From positions 6,455-70,454 of the forward strand of contig NHEL02000012.1 of NCBI GenBank assembly GCA_002172655.2: a stretch of 64,000 nucleotides of DNA, given 5' to 3'. Shown piece after piece: positions 8,824-18,683 of the stretch. Position 1 is the stretch's first letter. Every line of letters begins with the position of its first letter. Made by a program: the position numbers and the translations under genes. Source of the stretch: Flavobacteriales bacterium TMED84. GTDB taxonomy: Bacteria; Bacteroidota; Bacteroidia; Flavobacteriales; BACL11. Below the pieces are notes generated by a model. It saw only the letters and a list, made by a program, of their open reading frames with translations, was not told the origin of the DNA and did not search any database.

Positions 8824-11526
8824 ATATTTTTTCAAATATCGTCCAGTGTGAGAGTTTTTACAATTTATTAGTTTTTTAATTTCTCCACTAAATATTTTCT
8901 CTCCTCCTTCACTTCCACCATCCGGGCCTAGATCAATAATCCAATTAGAATTATTAATTATGTCAAGATTATGCTCTATGCAAATTATTGAATTTCCTAA
9001 TTCTATAAGCTTATCAAATGAAATTAATAGTTTTTTGATATCTTCAAAATGAAGCCCTGTTGTAGGTTCGTCAAATAAAAAAATTGTTTTATCTAGTTTA
9101 CTAGACTTTGATAAAAAATAAGCTAACTTAACTCTTTGAGCCTCTCCACCACTTAAACTACTTGAGGATTGCCCCAGCTTAACATATTCAAGACCAACTT
9201 GATTTAAAAAATCTAATTTTTTAACAATCTTGTCTTCATTGTATTCTTTGAAAAATTCTATAGCCTCAGATACTGTTAAATCAAGTATATCATTTATATT
9301 TTTGCTATTAAATTGGATGTCTAGAACCTCATCTTTAAACTTTTTACCATTGCACTTTTCACATTTTATTTTTACATCAGCCATAAATTGCATTTCTATA
9401 TTTATTTCACCTTCCCCTTTGCATTCCTCACATCTTCCACCTGCAATATTAAAAGAGAAGAATCCAGACTTGTACTTTCTTTGCTTTGAAAGTGGCTGTC
9501 TAGCAAATAAATTTCTAATATCATCATATGCTTTTAAGTAGGTAACAGGATTTGATCGTGATGATTTTCCTATTGGATTTTGGCTAAGATATTCAATATT
9601 TTTATAGTTATTACTTAGTATTTCAAAACTCTCACATTCTTTAATCTGAGTAATGCCTGATTCAAAAAAGGCTTTTAGACCCGGTTCAATTACTTGTTTT
9701 AATAATGAAGATTTACCAGACCCACTTACTCCGGTTATTGTACAAATAAGTCCAAGAGGAATATTAAAATTTTGGTTTTTAATATTGTTTACATTTACGT
9801 TTTTTAATCTTATTGAAGAATCACTTTTTCTTTCAACCAAAGATTTTTTAATGATTTTTTTATTTGTTAAATAATCAAGTGTCAGACTTTGATTGTAATT
9901 GTGAATTTCTGATTTTTCTCCTGCAAAAACAACTTTACCCCCCAAACTACCAGCTTTTGGTCCAATGTCAATAATATAATCAGAGTTTAGAATAATATCT
10001 TTGTCGTGCTCAACGATTATTACCGTATTTCCAATTTCTTTAAGCTTAGTTATGATTTCCATTAGTTTGTGAGTGTCTTTAGGATGTAAGCCTATACTGG
10101 GTTCATCTAAAATATACATTGTACCAATTAAAGAGCTTGCAAGTGAATTGGCTAGATTAAGTCTTTGAAACTCTCCGCCAGATAGTGTATTTGCTTTTCT
10201 TGAAAGGCTCAAATAACTTAAACCAACGTTTAGTAAGTAATCTATTCTGTTTCTAATTTCTTTTAATAATCTTTCTGATGTTGCTAAGTCTTCATCATTT
10301 AGAACAATTTTTTTGAAGAAAGCTGATAAATCTTTTAAGCTCATGTTGCTGAGCTCAGTTATTGTTTTTTCATCAATCTTTACGTAATTTGATTCTTTTC
10401 TTAGCCTAGAACCATTACAAACATTACATAGTGTTTTTCCTGTATATCTTGAAAGTAAAACTCTGTTTTGAATTTTATACTTTTTCTTCTCAAGTTTTGA
10501 GAAAAAAGTATTTATTCCTTTGGCATCTTTTGTACCATTCCAAAGAATTTCTTTCTCTTGCTTACTCAAGTCTCTATAGGGTCTATGAATTGGAAAATCA
10601 GCTGAAATTTTATTAATGAAATTTGTTTTCCATTTAGATAATTTAGTACCTGACCAACATTTAACAGCTCCTTCATAAACAGAAAGATTCATATCAGGAA
10701 TTACTTTATTCTCATCAATACCTATGGTATCTCCATAACCTTGACAGTTATTGCATGCACCATATGGATTGTTAAATGAAAATAAATTTACACTTGGTTC
10801 TATTATTTTTATTTCATTATTGTCATGCTTAAAGACAAATTCATGAATTTCATTTTCACACATTACATGTATTCTATTTGATTGTTCTTTAGCAATTTCA
10901 ATCGATTCATAAAGTCTTGAGCTATTATCCTCAATTGATTTTAAAGTATCAATAAAGACGAACCCAACTTTTGAGTATTCATCTTCAAGATCATTGATAT
11001 TTATAACTTTATTATTTATAAAAACCTCAGAGTAACCTTGATAAACTAATTTTTTCTTGTCTATTTTCTTTTTAATAAGAAGACTTATTTCTTTATTTTT
11101 TAAGTTGTCTAAGCAAGATTTTATGATATCATCAACTTTATGAATTGTAAATTCTTCATTATCAATATAAATTCTTCCAACTCTAGCATATAAAAGTTTT
11201 AAGTACTCATATATTTCAGAAACAGTTCCTACCGTAGATCTTGGATTTTTTGTTCCGTTTTTTTGTTCTAAAGCTATTGCCGGACATATGCCATTAATTT
11301 CACTAACGTCTGGTTTATCAATTTTTCCAAGAAATTGTCTTGCGTAAGATGAGAGACTCTCAATATATCTCCTCTGTCCTTCCGCATGTAATGTGTTAAA
11401 AGCTAAACTCGACTTGCCTGATCCTGAGACGCCTGTTATGCTAACAATTTTGTTTTTAGGAATGACAACGTCAATATTTTTGAGATTATTTACTCTTGAA
11501 CCTTTTATGAATATCTTTTCCTTCAC
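8794..11526 (-). CDS. uvrA: Excinuclease ABC subunit A
   Basis: Two ABC ATPase modules (ITGVSGSGKSSL twice; signatures LSGGEFQR and LSGGEAQR). Zinc-finger Cys pairs (CNNCQGYG, CEECKGEG...CEKCNG). GTG start. The 3' end overlaps ruvX by 30 nt. Confidence 0.95.
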   Translation of the reverse strand: MKEKIFIKGSRVNNLKNIDVVIPKNKIVSITGVSGSGKSSLAFNTLHAEGQRRYIESLSSYARQFLGKIDKPDVSEINGICPAIALEQKNGTKNPRSTVGTVSEIYEYLKLLYARVGRIYIDNEEFTIHKVDDIIKSCLDNLKNKEISLLIKKKIDKKKLVYQGYSEVFINNKVININDLEDEYSKVGFVFIDTLKSIEDNSSRLYESIEIAKEQSNRIHVMCENEIHEFVFKHDNNEIKIIEPSVNLFSFNNPYGACNNCQGYGDTIGIDENKVIPDMNLSVYEGAVKCWSGTKLSKWKTNFINKISADFPIHRPYRDLSKQEKEILWNGTKDAKGINTFFSKLEKKKYKIQNRVLLSRYTGKTLCNVCNGSRLRKESNYVKIDEKTITELSNMSLKDLSAFFKKIVLNDEDLATSERLLKEIRNRIDYLLNVGLSYLSLSRKANTLSGGEFQRLNLANSLASSLIGTMYILDEPSIGLHPKDTHKLMEIITKLKEIGNTVIIVEHDKDIILNSDYIIDIGPKAGSLGGKVVFAGEKSEIHNYNQSLTLDYLTNKKIIKKSLVERKSDSSIRLKNVNVNNIKNQNFNIPLGLICTITGVSGSGKSSLLKQVIEPGLKAFFESGITQIKECESFEILSNNYKNIEYLSQNPIGKSSRSNPVTYLKAYDDIRNLFARQPLSKQRKYKSGFFSFNIAGGRCEECKGEGEINIEMQFMADVKIKCEKCNGKKFKDEVLDIQFNSKNINDILDLTVSEAIEFFKEYNEDKIVKKLDFLNQVGLEYVKLGQSSSSLSGGEAQRVKLAYFLSKSSKLDKTIFLFDEPTTGLHFEDIKKLLISFDKLIELGNSIICIEHNLDIINNSNWIIDLGPDGGSEGGEKIFSGEIKKLINCKNSHTGRYLKKYLIETNQKIL

Positions 11527-11540
11527 TATTGAATAATCTG

Positions 11541-11548
11541 CAAAATTA
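11541..11548 (-). promoter_or_regulatory. Putative -7 promoter box (TAATTTTG on coding strand) for uvrA
   Basis: + strand CAAAATTA lies 15 nt upstream of the uvrA GTG start. Confidence 0.3.
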
Positions 11549-11558
11549 AATAATATGG

Positions 11559-11590
11559 TTTGTATAATTTAATTACTATCACTATATTTG
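11559..11590 (+). promoter_or_regulatory. Putative Bacteroidota sigma-A promoter for the ECF sigma factor gene (-33 TTTG, 20-nt spacer, -7 TATATTTG)
   Basis: TTTG at 11559-11562 and TATATTTG at 11583-11590 match the published TTTG-N19-21-TAnnTTTG consensus. It is 66 nt upstream of the ATG at 11656. Confidence 0.45.
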
Positions 11591-11655
11591 TAAATATATT
11601 TAAAAAAACGCCTATAAGACACATTTCTACTTTTATAACTTTAATTTAGTAGTAT

Positions 11656-12237
11656 ATGTTTTATAAAATTGAGGACAAGTCACTTGTCAAGAATTACATT
11701 CAAGGCGATAACAAATCATTTGAAGTTTTACTTAATAGGCATAAATCCAAAATATTTGGTTACATAATGTCTAAAGTGAAAAACAAAGATATTGCTGATG
11801 ATATTTTTCAAGATACTTTTATCAAAGCAATTAAGTCGTTGAAAAAAGGATCTTATAATGAAGAAGGAAAGTTTGTTCCTTGGATATTTAGAATTGCTCA
11901 TAATTTAATTATAGATCACTTCAGAAGGATAAAGACTCAAAATATAGTTAATCAAAGAGAGGATTATAATTTATTTGATTTTATTAAAGATGAAAGCTTA
12001 ACAGTAGAAAAAAAAATAATTAAAAAAGAGATTTTCAATGATTTAGCTAGGCTTATAGATTTACTTCCTGATTCTCAAAAAACAGTATTGAAACTTAGGT
12101 ATTATGAAGACAAAAGTTTTAAAGAGATAGCTTCACTTTGTGATATCAGTATAAATACAGCTCTAGGCAGAATGAGATATGCTTTGTTAAATCTTAGAAA
12201 GTTTTCTTCAGAAAAAAAAATTAACCTAGAAATGTAA
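11656..12237 (+). CDS. RNA polymerase sigma-70 family factor, ECF subfamily
   Basis: Region 2 motifs DIFQDTFIKA and WIFRIAHNLIIDHFRR. Region 4 HTH SFKEIASLCDISINTALGRMRYA. Size 193 aa. Confidence 0.85.
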   Translation: MFYKIEDKSLVKNYIQGDNKSFEVLLNRHKSKIFGYIMSKVKNKDIADDIFQDTFIKAIKSLKKGSYNEEGKFVPWIFRIAHNLIIDHFRRIKTQNIVNQREDYNLFDFIKDESLTVEKKIIKKEIFNDLARLIDLLPDSQKTVLKLRYYEDKSFKEIASLCDISINTALGRMRYALLNLRKFSSEKKINLEM

Positions 12238-12286
12238 TATATTGTATTTTGTTTCGTTTATCTGATTATTAACCAAAAATTATCGG

Positions 12287-12448
12287 ATGAGCAGAAATTC
12301 TACTAAAAGAAAAAATTTATTAAAATCAAAAAACAAAGTTACCGAACTTCCAAAGGAAGAAACACTGAGAACAATAATTGATTACAGCAAATCAATAAAA
12401 TATAAAAAGTCAAATTTTTTAAATAACTTGATTATTAATCTAAATTAG
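12287..12448 (+). CDS. Hypothetical 53-aa basic protein downstream of the ECF sigma gene (below ORF-track cutoff)
   Basis: ATG..TAG ORF read by hand: MSRNSTKRKNLLKSKNKVTELPKEETLRTIIDYSKSIKYKKSNFLNNLIINLN. It fills an otherwise empty 218-nt gap in a very compact genome and is on the same strand as its neighbours. No recognisable domain. Confidence 0.35.
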   Translation: MSRNSTKRKNLLKSKNKVTELPKEETLRTIIDYSKSIKYKKSNFLNNLIINLN

Positions 12449-12455
12449 AAGTTGT

Positions 12456-13070
12456 TTGAAAAAATCAGAAAAGAGGGAATTTATTATCCAAACTCTTGAG
12501 AATTTATATCCAAAGGTCGATATACCTCTAGATCATATAAACGACTTTACTTTTTTAATAGCAGTAATGTTGAGCGCCCAAAGTACTGATAAAAAAGTGA
12601 ATGAAATTACCCCAGATCTTTTTTCACTTGCACCAACTCCAGCAAAAATGGTTGATTTGGGAATATCAAGGATTAAAAAGCTTATAAGACAGATTGGCCT
12701 AGCTCCCACTAAAGCAAAAAATATTTTTAAGACCTCTGAAATTTTAATTGAAAAATTTAATTCGAAAGTACCAGATAATTTTGAAGATTTAGAAAGTTTG
12801 CCTGGAGTAGGGCATAAAACTTCTTCTGTAATAATGTCTCAAATTTTTAAAGTGCCTGCATTTCCTGTTGATACTCATATACACAGGCTAGCAAAAAGAT
12901 GGGGTTTAAGTTCTGGAAAAAATGTAAAAAAAACTGAAGAGGATTTAAAAAAGTTTTTTGAAAAGAATCTATGGAACAAATTACATTTGCAAATAATATT
13001 TTATGGTAGAGAGTACTGTAAAGCAAGCAAAAATAAATGTGTTTGTAAAATTTGCTTAGCTATTAAATGA
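12456..13070 (+). CDS. nth: Endonuclease III (DNA glycosylase/AP lyase)
   Basis: HhH-GPD motif LPGVGHKTSSVI, catalytic-region VDTHIHR, C-terminal 4-Cys cluster. TTG start. Confidence 0.9.
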   Translation: MKKSEKREFIIQTLENLYPKVDIPLDHINDFTFLIAVMLSAQSTDKKVNEITPDLFSLAPTPAKMVDLGISRIKKLIRQIGLAPTKAKNIFKTSEILIEKFNSKVPDNFEDLESLPGVGHKTSSVIMSQIFKVPAFPVDTHIHRLAKRWGLSSGKNVKKTEEDLKKFFEKNLWNKLHLQIIFYGREYCKASKNKCVCKICLAIK

Positions 13071-13151
13071 TTTTTTCAAATGTTAATAAATCCTTATTTA
13101 TAAATCAAATATTGGATATTAATTTAGGTAATTTGTAAAAAAATAATTAAA

Positions 13152-14135
13152 ATGTCTAAAAAGGAAGATAAGCTAAAAGCGCTTGAACTAACTCTAGGTA
13201 AACTTGAAAAATCTTATGGTAAGGGGGTTGTTATGAAGTTAGGAGACAAAGTTCAAGAGAATATTTCTGCTATTCCGTCAGGATCTATAGGACTTGATGC
13301 AGCATTAGGAGTTGGGGGTTATCCCAAAGGTAGAGTAATTGAAATTTATGGCCCTGAGTCATCAGGGAAAACAACTTTAACTATTCATGCAATTGCAGAA
13401 GTCCAAAAGCAAGGAGGTATCGCTGCATTTATTGATGCTGAACATGCTTTTGATGCCACATATGCATCAAATTTGGGTGTAAAAATAGATGAGTTATTGA
13501 TATCACAGCCAGATAATGGAGAACAAGCTTTGGAAGTTACAGATCATTTAATCAGTTCGGGTGCAGTTGATTTAGTTGTCATTGATTCAGTTGCAGCATT
13601 AACACCAAGATCTGAGATAGAGGGAGAAATGGGTGATTCAAAAATGGGATTACATGCAAGATTAATGTCTCAAGCGCTAAGGAAATTGACAGCCACAATA
13701 AATAAAACTGGTTGCACATGTATTTTTATAAATCAAATCAGAATGAAAATTGGTGTTATGTTTGGAAATCCAGAAACAACAACAGGAGGTAATGCTTTAA
13801 AGTTTTATTCCTCTGTTAGATTGGATATTAGAAGGGTAGGAGCTATTAAAAACGGCGATGAAGTTGTTGGAAATCGAACTAGAGTCAAAGTAGTTAAAAA
13901 TAAAGTTGCGCCTCCTTTTAAAAAAGTTGAATTTGATATCATGTTTGGCGAAGGAATATCATCATCAGGAGAATTACTTGATATAGCAGTTGAATTGGAT
14001 ATAATTCAAAAAAGTGGCTCATGGTTCTCTTATGAAGACGCTAAGTTAGGCCAAGGAAGAGATTCTGTAAAAAAAATATTAAGTGATAATCTAGAGCTTT
14101 GTGAAAGTATTAAACAAAAAATTAGTTCAACATAA
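13152..14135 (+). CDS. recA: Recombinase RecA
   Basis: Walker [19 protein letters not shown], and the L1/L2 loop region [26 protein letters not shown]. Confidence 0.97.
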   Translation: MSKKEDKLKALELTLGKLEKSYGKGVVMKLGDKVQENISAIPSGSIGLDAALGVGGYPKGRVIEIYGPESSGKTTLTIHAIAEVQKQGGIAAFIDAEHAFDATYASNLGVKIDELLISQPDNGEQALEVTDHLISSGAVDLVVIDSVAALTPRSEIEGEMGDSKMGLHARLMSQALRKLTATINKTGCTCIFINQIRMKIGVMFGNPETTTGGNALKFYSSVRLDIRRVGAIKNGDEVVGNRTRVKVVKNKVAPPFKKVEFDIMFGEGISSSGELLDIAVELDIIQKSGSWFSYEDAKLGQGRDSVKKILSDNLELCESIKQKISST

Positions 14136-15165
14136 ATTTTTCACTTTTGTTTTATTGACATTTTTTATTGTCTCTTGTACTGGCACAAGTCAGAAGACAA
14201 ATTATCAGTTAAGTATTTCAGAAAAAATAATCTTAGAACCCAATAATGTTAAATTGTTGAAAGAAAGAATAATGAGTAACTATTCAAAAGGAAAGCTCGA
14301 GGCTTGTCTTTTTGATTTAGATCATTGTATAAAAATTGATAGTTTAAATCCAAAAAATTATTATTTAGCCTCAAAAATATTTTTTGAAATATCAAAAGAA
14401 AACCATTCTAAAAATGAATATCCAAATTTAGCATTAGAGTACATAGAAAAATCAATAAAAATTAGTCAAAATGATGCCAAGGCTTTTGCTCTAAAAGGAG
14501 AAATACTTCTCGCATTTGGTAAATATAAAAATGCAATTGAAATTTTCAATAAATCATTAGAATTAGACTATAATCAATCCAATGTTCACTTGCTTTTAGG
14601 CTATTGTTTTAAGAACTTAAATAAAATTGAAAATTCAATTACTTGTTTTTATAACTCAATTGATGTTAATCCACAAAATATAGAGTCATATATTCAATTA
14701 GGACAAGTATACCATAAAAATTTAGATACTCTAGCAATTAGGTATTATAATTCTGCATTAAGATTAGATTCAAAAAATATTAATACATTATACAACAAAG
14801 CATTATTTTACCAACATATTAAGGATTACAATAATGCCATTGAAGGATATAACCAATTATTTAAATATGACCCCTTTAATATGAATGGTCATTATAATTT
14901 AGGTTTTATTCATATGGAGCTTGAAGTTTATGATGTTGCTGCAAATAACTTTTCAGATGCAATATACTCATATAGCAATTTTCATGAAGCTTATTATTCT
15001 AGAGGTATTTGCTTTGAAAATTTAGGTAATATAGCTCAAGCTGAGGTAGATTACAAAAGAGCATTAGAAATTAAACCAGATTACACATATGCAAGGGAGG
15101 CATATGACCAACTAATTAAAAAAAATAATAAATTAAATTATGAGTATTCAGGAAAAAATAAATAA
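14101..15165 (+). CDS. Tetratricopeptide-repeat lipoprotein
   Basis: Signal peptide with lipobox-like FFIVSC, then multiple TPR-like 34-aa repeats (A..Y/F..A...P patterns). GTG start overlaps the recA 3' end. Confidence 0.7.
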   Translation: MKVLNKKLVQHKFFTFVLLTFFIVSCTGTSQKTNYQLSISEKIILEPNNVKLLKERIMSNYSKGKLEACLFDLDHCIKIDSLNPKNYYLASKIFFEISKENHSKNEYPNLALEYIEKSIKISQNDAKAFALKGEILLAFGKYKNAIEIFNKSLELDYNQSNVHLLLGYCFKNLNKIENSITCFYNSIDVNPQNIESYIQLGQVYHKNLDTLAIRYYNSALRLDSKNINTLYNKALFYQHIKDYNNAIEGYNQLFKYDPFNMNGHYNLGFIHMELEVYDVAANNFSDAIYSYSNFHEAYYSRGICFENLGNIAQAEVDYKRALEIKPDYTYAREAYDQLIKKNNKLNYEYSGKNK

Positions 15166-15595
15166 TGAAATAAAGCTTTCGATGAAAGAGAAGAATGTAG
15201 ACAAGTTAGCAGCTCTGAGGTCGGTAAAATCTGCAATGTTGTTAGAGCTTACAAAGGACGGAAAAACAAATATGAGTGATGAAATAGCGATTCAAATTAT
15301 TTCAAAATTAGTCAAACAAAGAAAAGAATCTGCCTCAATCTTTAAAAGTAAGAACAGAGTGGATCTCGAAAAAGAAGAATTAGCACAAATTAAATATTTA
15401 GTTGTTTATTTACCTAAACAACTAAGTGAAGATGAAATAGAAGAGCGCATCAAAATAAAACTTAATGAAATTGATAATGTTTCATTAAAAGATATGGGTA
15501 GGTTGATGGGCTTATTAATGAAAGAATTTTCTGGAAAAGCAGATGGTAAGATGATATCTATGATTTTGAAGAAGAGATTATCTGAAAAAGATTAA
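15140..15595 (+). CDS. GatB/YqeY domain-containing protein
   Basis: N-terminus [32 protein letters not shown] and the 151-aa length are typical of the YqeY family. Confidence 0.8.
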   Translation: MSIQEKINNEIKLSMKEKNVDKLAALRSVKSAMLLELTKDGKTNMSDEIAIQIISKLVKQRKESASIFKSKNRVDLEKEELAQIKYLVVYLPKQLSEDEIEERIKIKLNEIDNVSLKDMGRLMGLLMKEFSGKADGKMISMILKKRLSEKD

Positions 15596-15945
15596 TTGTT
15601 TTTTTCTATTTCAGATATAATATCACTGAAAGTTTCAGGATGATTCATAGCCAAATCAGCTAAAACTTTTCTATTTATCTCAACATTTGATTTATTCAAA
15701 AGATTAATCATCTTTGAGTAAGACATTCCGTTTAATCTTGCTCCTGCATTGATTCTTTGAATCCACAATGCTCTGAATTCTCTTTTCTTATTTTTTCTGT
15801 CTCTGTAGGCGTAAGAAAGTGCTTTTTCAACAGCATTTTTTGCGACTGTATAAACATTTTTCCTTCTACCAAAATAACCTTTGGCAGCTTTGATGATCTT
15901 ACCTCTTCTTCTTTTAGATGCTACTGTATTTACTGATCTTGGCAT
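15592..15945 (-). CDS. rplT: 50S ribosomal protein L20
   Basis: [30 protein letters not shown]... Last gene of the thrS-infC-rpmI-rplT cluster. Confidence 0.97.
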   Translation of the reverse strand: MPRSVNTVASKRRRGKIIKAAKGYFGRRKNVYTVAKNAVEKALSYAYRDRKNKKREFRALWIQRINAGARLNGMSYSKMINLLNKSNVEINRKVLADLAMNHPETFSDIISEIEKNN

Positions 15946-15957
15946 AATTTTTATAAT

Positions 15958-16152
15958 TTATAAACAAAGTTGTGCTTTTATATTTTTTTCATCAGATTTA
16001 TGCACTAATGTTGTTTTGGTTAAATTTCTCTTTTGTTTAGTCTCTTTTTTAGTTAAAATATGAGACTTAAAAGCGTGCTTTCTCTTAATTTTTCCAGAGC
16101 CAGTTAATTTGAACCTCTTCTTAGCTCCAGATTTTGTTTTCATTTTTGGCAT
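15958..16152 (-). CDS. rpmI: 50S ribosomal protein L35
   Basis: [36 protein letters not shown]. Located between infC and rplT. Confidence 0.95.
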   Translation of the reverse strand: MPKMKTKSGAKKRFKLTGSGKIKRKHAFKSHILTKKETKQKRNLTKTTLVHKSDEKNIKAQLCL

Positions 16153-16156
16153 AATC

Positions 16157-16693
16157 TTATTTTTTCTTTATTGGCGCTATTACCATTGTCATTTTTTTAC
16201 CTTCAAGCTTCGGCATTATTTCAACAACACCAATTTCTTCAAGGGCTTGAGCTAATTTTAATAATAAAATTTCTCCTTGTTCTTTAAATATAATTGTTCT
16301 TCCTCTAAAAAAAACAAAAGCTTTTACTTTAGCACCTTCTTGCAAAAACTTTTGAGCATGTTTTAGCTTAAAATCAAAGTCATGCTCTCCAGTATTAGGT
16401 CCAAATCTTATTTCTTTGATAATAATTTTTTGAGCTTTTTGCTTTATGGCTTTTTGCTTCTTTTTTTGATCATAAACAAACTTTTTATAGTCAATAACTT
16501 TACAAACAGGAGGGTCAGCTTTTGGAGAAATTTCAACTAAATCTAATCCCTTACTTTGGGCAATCATCATTGCTTTATCTAGCGCAATTATTTTCGATTC
16601 AATATTATCTCCAACAATTCTGATGAAAGGAGCCATTATCTGCCTGTTGATTTTTAATCTGTTGCTCTCCTTTTTTTTAAACCTTTTCTTTAT
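16157..16693 (-). CDS. infC: Translation initiation factor IF-3 (non-canonical start codon)
   Basis: The ATG ORF 16157..16636 starts inside the conserved N-terminal domain. In-frame upstream codons encode [19 protein letters not shown], which continues the IF-3 N-terminal I-N-x-x-I-x-x-x-x-[VI]-R-[LI]-x-G segment. ATA at 16691-16693 is the best candidate initiator (ATC at 16649-16651 is an alternative). The rest has typical IF-3 N and C domains ([19 protein letters not shown]). Confidence 0.8.
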   Translation of the reverse strand: MKKRFKKKESNRLKINRQIMAPFIRIVGDNIESKIIALDKAMMIAQSKGLDLVEISPKADPPVCKVIDYKKFVYDQKKKQKAIKQKAQKIIIKEIRFGPNTGEHDFDFKLKHAQKFLQEGAKVKAFVFFRGRTIIFKEQGEILLLKLAQALEEIGVVEIMPKLEGKKMTMVIAPIKKK

Positions 16694-16709
16694 AACCTTA
16701 TTATTTGCT

Positions 16710-18644
16710 TTAAACCAAACTTTTGTCTATCTCATCTTTTATAATCAAAGTAAATTCTTCCAAACTCAATTGACCTAAATCTTTTCCACCATGTCTTCTT
16801 ACACTCATCAAGTTTTTCTTTACTTCTTTCTCACCAACTACTATTATAAAAGGTACTTTTGAAAGTTCAGCGTCTCTAATTTTTCTTCCAGTTCTTTCAG
16901 ACCTTTCATCAATCAGGCCGCAAATATCGTAATTTTTTAATAAATCCATGATTTTCTTAGCATAATCATTGTATTTTTCACTAATTGGTAAAATAATATA
17001 TTGTTCAGGGGACAACCAAAGAGGAAAGTTACCTTCACAATGCTCAATAAGGACAGAAATAAATCTTTCTAATGATCCAAATGGTGCTCTATGAATCATA
17101 ACTGGACGATACTTCTTGTTATCAGAACCAGTGTACTCTAGTTCAAATCTTTCTGGTAAATTATAATCTACTTGAATTGTACCCAGTTGCCATTCTCTTC
17201 CAATAGCATCTTTGACCATGAAATCTAATTTCGGTCCATAAAATGCAGCTTCTCCGTATTCAATTACACAATCAAGGCCTTTTTCTTTAGTTGCTTCAAT
17301 AATTGCATTTTCCGACTTTTGCCAATTTTCATCTGAGCCAATGTACTTTTCTTTTTTATTTGTGTCTCTTAGTGATATTTGTGTTTTAAAATCTTTGAAT
17401 CCTAGAGATTTGAATATATATAGTACCAAATCAATGACATTTATAAATTCTTGCTTGAGCTGATCAGGTCTCACAAAAATATGAGCATCATCTTGCGTGA
17501 AACCTCTCACTCGAGTTAGTCCATGTAGTTCGCCTGATTGCTCATATCTATAGACAGTTCCAAATTCTGCAAAACGAACGGGCAAATCACGATAGGAATA
17601 TTTTTTTGATTTGTAAATTTCGCAATGATGAGGACAATTCATAGGTTTAAGGATGAACTCTTCATTTTCACTAGGTGTCTTTATTGGTTGAAATGAATCC
17701 TCCCCATATTTTTCATAGTGGCCTGATAACACATAAAGATCTTTATTTCCAATGTGAGGAGTTGATACAGATAAATAACCTGCTTTTTCTTGAGCTTTTC
17801 TAAGAAAATTTTCGAGCTTCTCTTTGAGTTTAGTTCCTTTGGGCAACCACAGTGGCAGACCTTGTCCAACTTTATTTGAGAAAGTAAAGAGCTCCATTTC
17901 TTTCCCTAGCTTTCTATGATCTCTTTTCTTTGCTTCCTCTAGCATTATAAGATACTCCTGTAATTCTTTTTTCTTGGGAAACGAGATACCATATATTCTA
18001 GTTAATTGATTATTACTCTCATTACCTTTCCAGTATGCACCAGCAACGTTTAAAAGCTTTATTGACTTAATTTTTCCAGTATCAGAAATATGTGGACCTC
18101 TACAAAGATCTATAAAATTACCTTGTTTGTAAAAAGTTATATCTCCATCTTTTAACTCTTTCAATAGCTCTACTTTATAAATATCATTTTTTTTAGTAAA
18201 ATATTCTACAGCTTCTTTTTTTGATATTTCTTGTCTATGAAAAGTATTCTTTTGTCTTGAAAGTTCAGTCATTTTTGTTTCAATTGACAAAAAGTCTTCA
18301 GATGATATCTTGTTATCTCCAAAATCAATATCATAATAAAATCCATTTTCAACAGCAGGGCCAATGCCAAACTTAGCTTTTGGATATAATACTTGAATAG
18401 CCTCAGCTAATAAATGAGCTGACGAGTGCCAAAAAACTTCTTTACCTTCTTTTTCTTTCCATGTGTAAAATTCTACAGAGGAATCCTTTTTAATCTCGGA
18501 ATTTATATCAACAAGTCTACCATCAACTTTGGAAACTAATATATTTCTTGCTAGACCTTCTGAAATACTTAAAGCAATTTCATGTGAAGTGACACCGCTT
18601 TTGAAGCTTTCACTTTTACCATCTGGAAACGTTATATTAATCAT
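16710..18644 (-). CDS. thrS: Threonine--tRNA ligase
   Basis: TGS domain N-terminus, editing motif HSSAHLLA, class II core [26 protein letters not shown], anticodon-binding C-terminus. 644 aa. Confidence 0.97.
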   Translation of the reverse strand: MINITFPDGKSESFKSGVTSHEIALSISEGLARNILVSKVDGRLVDINSEIKKDSSVEFYTWKEKEGKEVFWHSSAHLLAEAIQVLYPKAKFGIGPAVENGFYYDIDFGDNKISSEDFLSIETKMTELSRQKNTFHRQEISKKEAVEYFTKKNDIYKVELLKELKDGDITFYKQGNFIDLCRGPHISDTGKIKSIKLLNVAGAYWKGNESNNQLTRIYGISFPKKKELQEYLIMLEEAKKRDHRKLGKEMELFTFSNKVGQGLPLWLPKGTKLKEKLENFLRKAQEKAGYLSVSTPHIGNKDLYVLSGHYEKYGEDSFQPIKTPSENEEFILKPMNCPHHCEIYKSKKYSYRDLPVRFAEFGTVYRYEQSGELHGLTRVRGFTQDDAHIFVRPDQLKQEFINVIDLVLYIFKSLGFKDFKTQISLRDTNKKEKYIGSDENWQKSENAIIEATKEKGLDCVIEYGEAAFYGPKLDFMVKDAIGREWQLGTIQVDYNLPERFELEYTGSDNKKYRPVMIHRAPFGSLERFISVLIEHCEGNFPLWLSPEQYIILPISEKYNDYAKKIMDLLKNYDICGLIDERSERTGRKIRDAELSKVPFIIVVGEKEVKKNLMSVRRHGGKDLGQLSLEEFTLIIKDEIDKSLV

Positions 18645-18660
18645 ATAAAAAAATTGCTTA

Positions 18661-18668
18661 CAAATATA
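18661..18668 (-). promoter_or_regulatory. Putative -7 promoter box (TATATTTG on coding strand) for thrS operon
   Basis: + strand CAAATATA lies 17 nt upstream of the thrS ATG. The same 8-mer and spacing occur upstream of the DUF3276 and comA-like genes. Confidence 0.4.
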
Positions 18669-18683
18669 ACAAACTCTGATAAG

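Noticed and set aside
13128-13135. GTAATTTG upstream of recA (G is 17 nt from the ATG) as a -7 box. A similar TATTTTG lies upstream of the 53-aa ORF.
   Set aside because: These match only a one-base-shorter variant (TAnTTTG) of the consensus. The geometry is right, but I did not want to relax the motif definition without statistics.
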